NCBI GenBank assembly: GCA_026770705.1
Contig: JANJGN010000018.1
Coordinates: 69,626,001-69,690,000 of the forward strand
Direction: 5' to 3'
DNA: 64,000 bases
Origin: Isurus oxyrinchus
Taxonomy: Eukaryota
A model generated the notes under the pieces. The model saw only the letters and a program-made list of their open reading frames with translations. It had not been told where the DNA came from and did not search any database. Position 1 is the first letter of the stretch, and each line of letters begins with the position of its first letter. The position numbers and the translations under genes were made by a program. Of the stretch, positions 62,290 through 64,000 are shown one piece after another.

Positions 62290-62600
62290 AATGTAAGAAA
62301 TAAGAATAGGAATGAGACAACACAGCCCTTCACGCCTGCTCCTCCATACAACAAAAGCTAATTTTCTACTTCAACAAGACCTTCCCACACAATCCCCATA
62401 TCCATTGTTCCTCTAGTATCCAAAAATCTATAGATCTGTCTTGAATATACTCAACAACTGAGCATATTTAGAGTATATAATTCCTAAAGTCCACAACAAG
62501 TGAAGACATTGCTTCTTATCCCAATCTTAAATGGCCTACTCCCAGATAGAGGAAACAATCTCCCAGCATTTATCCTGACAAGACTCTTAATAATTTTGTT
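62290..62600 (-). mobile_element. CR1 3' end fragment
   Basis: (A)TAAGAA-type tail repeats at 62290-62310 and CR1 3' UTR similarity. Confidence 0.6.
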
Positions 62601-62654
62601 GTTAAATTATAATCCTTATTCGATTTCTGAATTGTACTGTAGGAATTATTTCAA

Positions 62655-62914
62655 TATCCTATTAATCAGATAATCTGCTCTTGTGATGTTGATTGAGAGG
62701 TAAGTATTATCCAGGACACCAGGGAGAACTCTTCTGCTCTTCCTCAAATAATTCTATGCAAAGCCAGATTGTTTGTTGGATCAAGCCATGTGCAAATTGG
62801 CTGCAATTTTTCCCTATATTGCAACGTTAGCTGCACTAATGCTTCATTGGCTGTGAAGTGCTCAGGGATGTCTTAAGATCATGGAAAGCACTATATAAAT
62901 GCAAGTTTTTCTTT
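62655..62914. mobile_element. SacSINE1-like SINE with inverted 5' part
   Basis: 62655-62757 is a minus-strand Deu/core segment; 62770-62914 is a plus-strand tail ending tatataaatgcaagttttttcttt. Confidence 0.6.
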
Positions 62915-63309
62915 AATTATTACAAGCTACTAGAATAAGTGCAGTGATGACCTGATGAGATTTTCAGGAAGGTTGTATTTTGAGCATAAATCTTATTGTA
63001 TGCAATCGTATTTAATGTATGTTATGATATTTGATGCAAAAGCATTTGCAAACACATCTGAATTTGGAAACAAATTTGATTTCCGCTGTAGGGGGTGCAT
63101 TGAAATTGCATGTACAAGTTCCAGTTAAATAATACAAGCCCATTATTGAGACAGTGGTGCATATATGCCATGTTTGTAGAATTAATTTGTTGATTCAAGT
63201 TTCCACTTTGGTGAGAGATTTTTAATGACACCCGGGAAAATATTTGGATAAAGGCTCCAATCTTGCTGTCAGCAGCAAACAAACAATGCCTGCAAAGGTT
63301 TTTCATCCT

Positions 63310-64000
63310 TTGACAAGGAAGTATTCAATGTACGGCATGACACTAGGAAGTTCTGAGGAACAAAGGGACCTAGACGTGTGTGTCCATAGATCTCTGAAGG
63401 TGGAGGGGCATGTTAGTGGGGTGGTGAAAAAGGCATACGGGACACTTGCCTTTATCAATCGAGGCTTAGATTACAAAAGTAGGGAGGTCATGTTGGAGTT
63501 GTATAGAACCTTAGTGAGGCCACGGCTGGAGTACTGTATGCAGTTCTGGTTACCACATTATAGGAAGGATGTGATTGCACTGGAGGGGGTACAGAGGAGA
63601 TTCACCAGGATGTTGCCTGGGATGAAACATTTAAGTTATGAAGAGAGGTTGGATAGACTTGGGTTGTTTTTGTTGGAGCAGAGAGGACTGAGGGGTGACT
63701 TGATTGAGGTGCACAAGATTATAAGGGGCATGGACAGGGTGGATAGGAGCAGCTGTTCCCCTTAGTTGAAAGGTCAGTCACGAGGGGACAGAAGTTCAAG
63801 GTTAGTGGGGGGGGGGGGGGGTGGAAGTGAGAAAAAACTTTTTTACCCAAAGGGTGGTGACGGTCTGGAATGCGCTGCCTGGGAGGGTGGTGGAGGCGGT
63901 TGTCTCACATCCTTTAAAAAGTACCTGGATGAGCATTTGGCACATCATAACATTCAAGGCTATGGGCCAAGTGCTGCTAAATGGGATTAGATAGGTAGGT
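63310..64000 (+). mobile_element. CR1 LINE family A 3' portion
   Basis: RDLDVCVHRSLK, LYRTLVRPRLEYCMQFW, RGDLIEV motifs; runs off the window end. Confidence 0.92.

Overview
Eukaryotic, repeat-dense vertebrate DNA, most consistent with a cartilaginous fish (shark). This is inferred from SacSINE1/Deu-type SINEs, CR1 LINEs with (ATTCTGTG)n tails, Neptune-like Penelope elements and Harbinger fossils. No host protein-coding gene is recognisable; one candidate + strand first exon lies at about 46.3-46.75 kb in a repeat-poor island. Most ORF-track entries are decayed or antisense frames of mobile elements: a nested Gypsy LTR element, a Gmr1-like gag-pro-only LTR element, two CR1-group LINE families, L2 relics, Penelope-like elements (PLEs) with hammerhead ribozymes, and Harbinger transposons/MITEs. 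Main observations: (1) an ORF1-less CR1-group LINE family ('family B') begins with a tRNA-derived A/B-box head, almost completely lacks TTTT on its sense strand and has a matching SINE-like deletion derivative, making it a candidate Pol III-transcribed protein-coding retrotransposon; (2) three independent PLE insertions are tail-out inverted repeats with a 14-bp target duplication and the same end asymmetry; (3) the youngest PLE carries a CUGUCGA core-variant minimal hammerhead; (4) a 239-bp microhomology-flanked inverted templated insertion replaces half of a MITE hairpin. All alignments and counts were done by eye; family names are from pattern recognition, not database searches.
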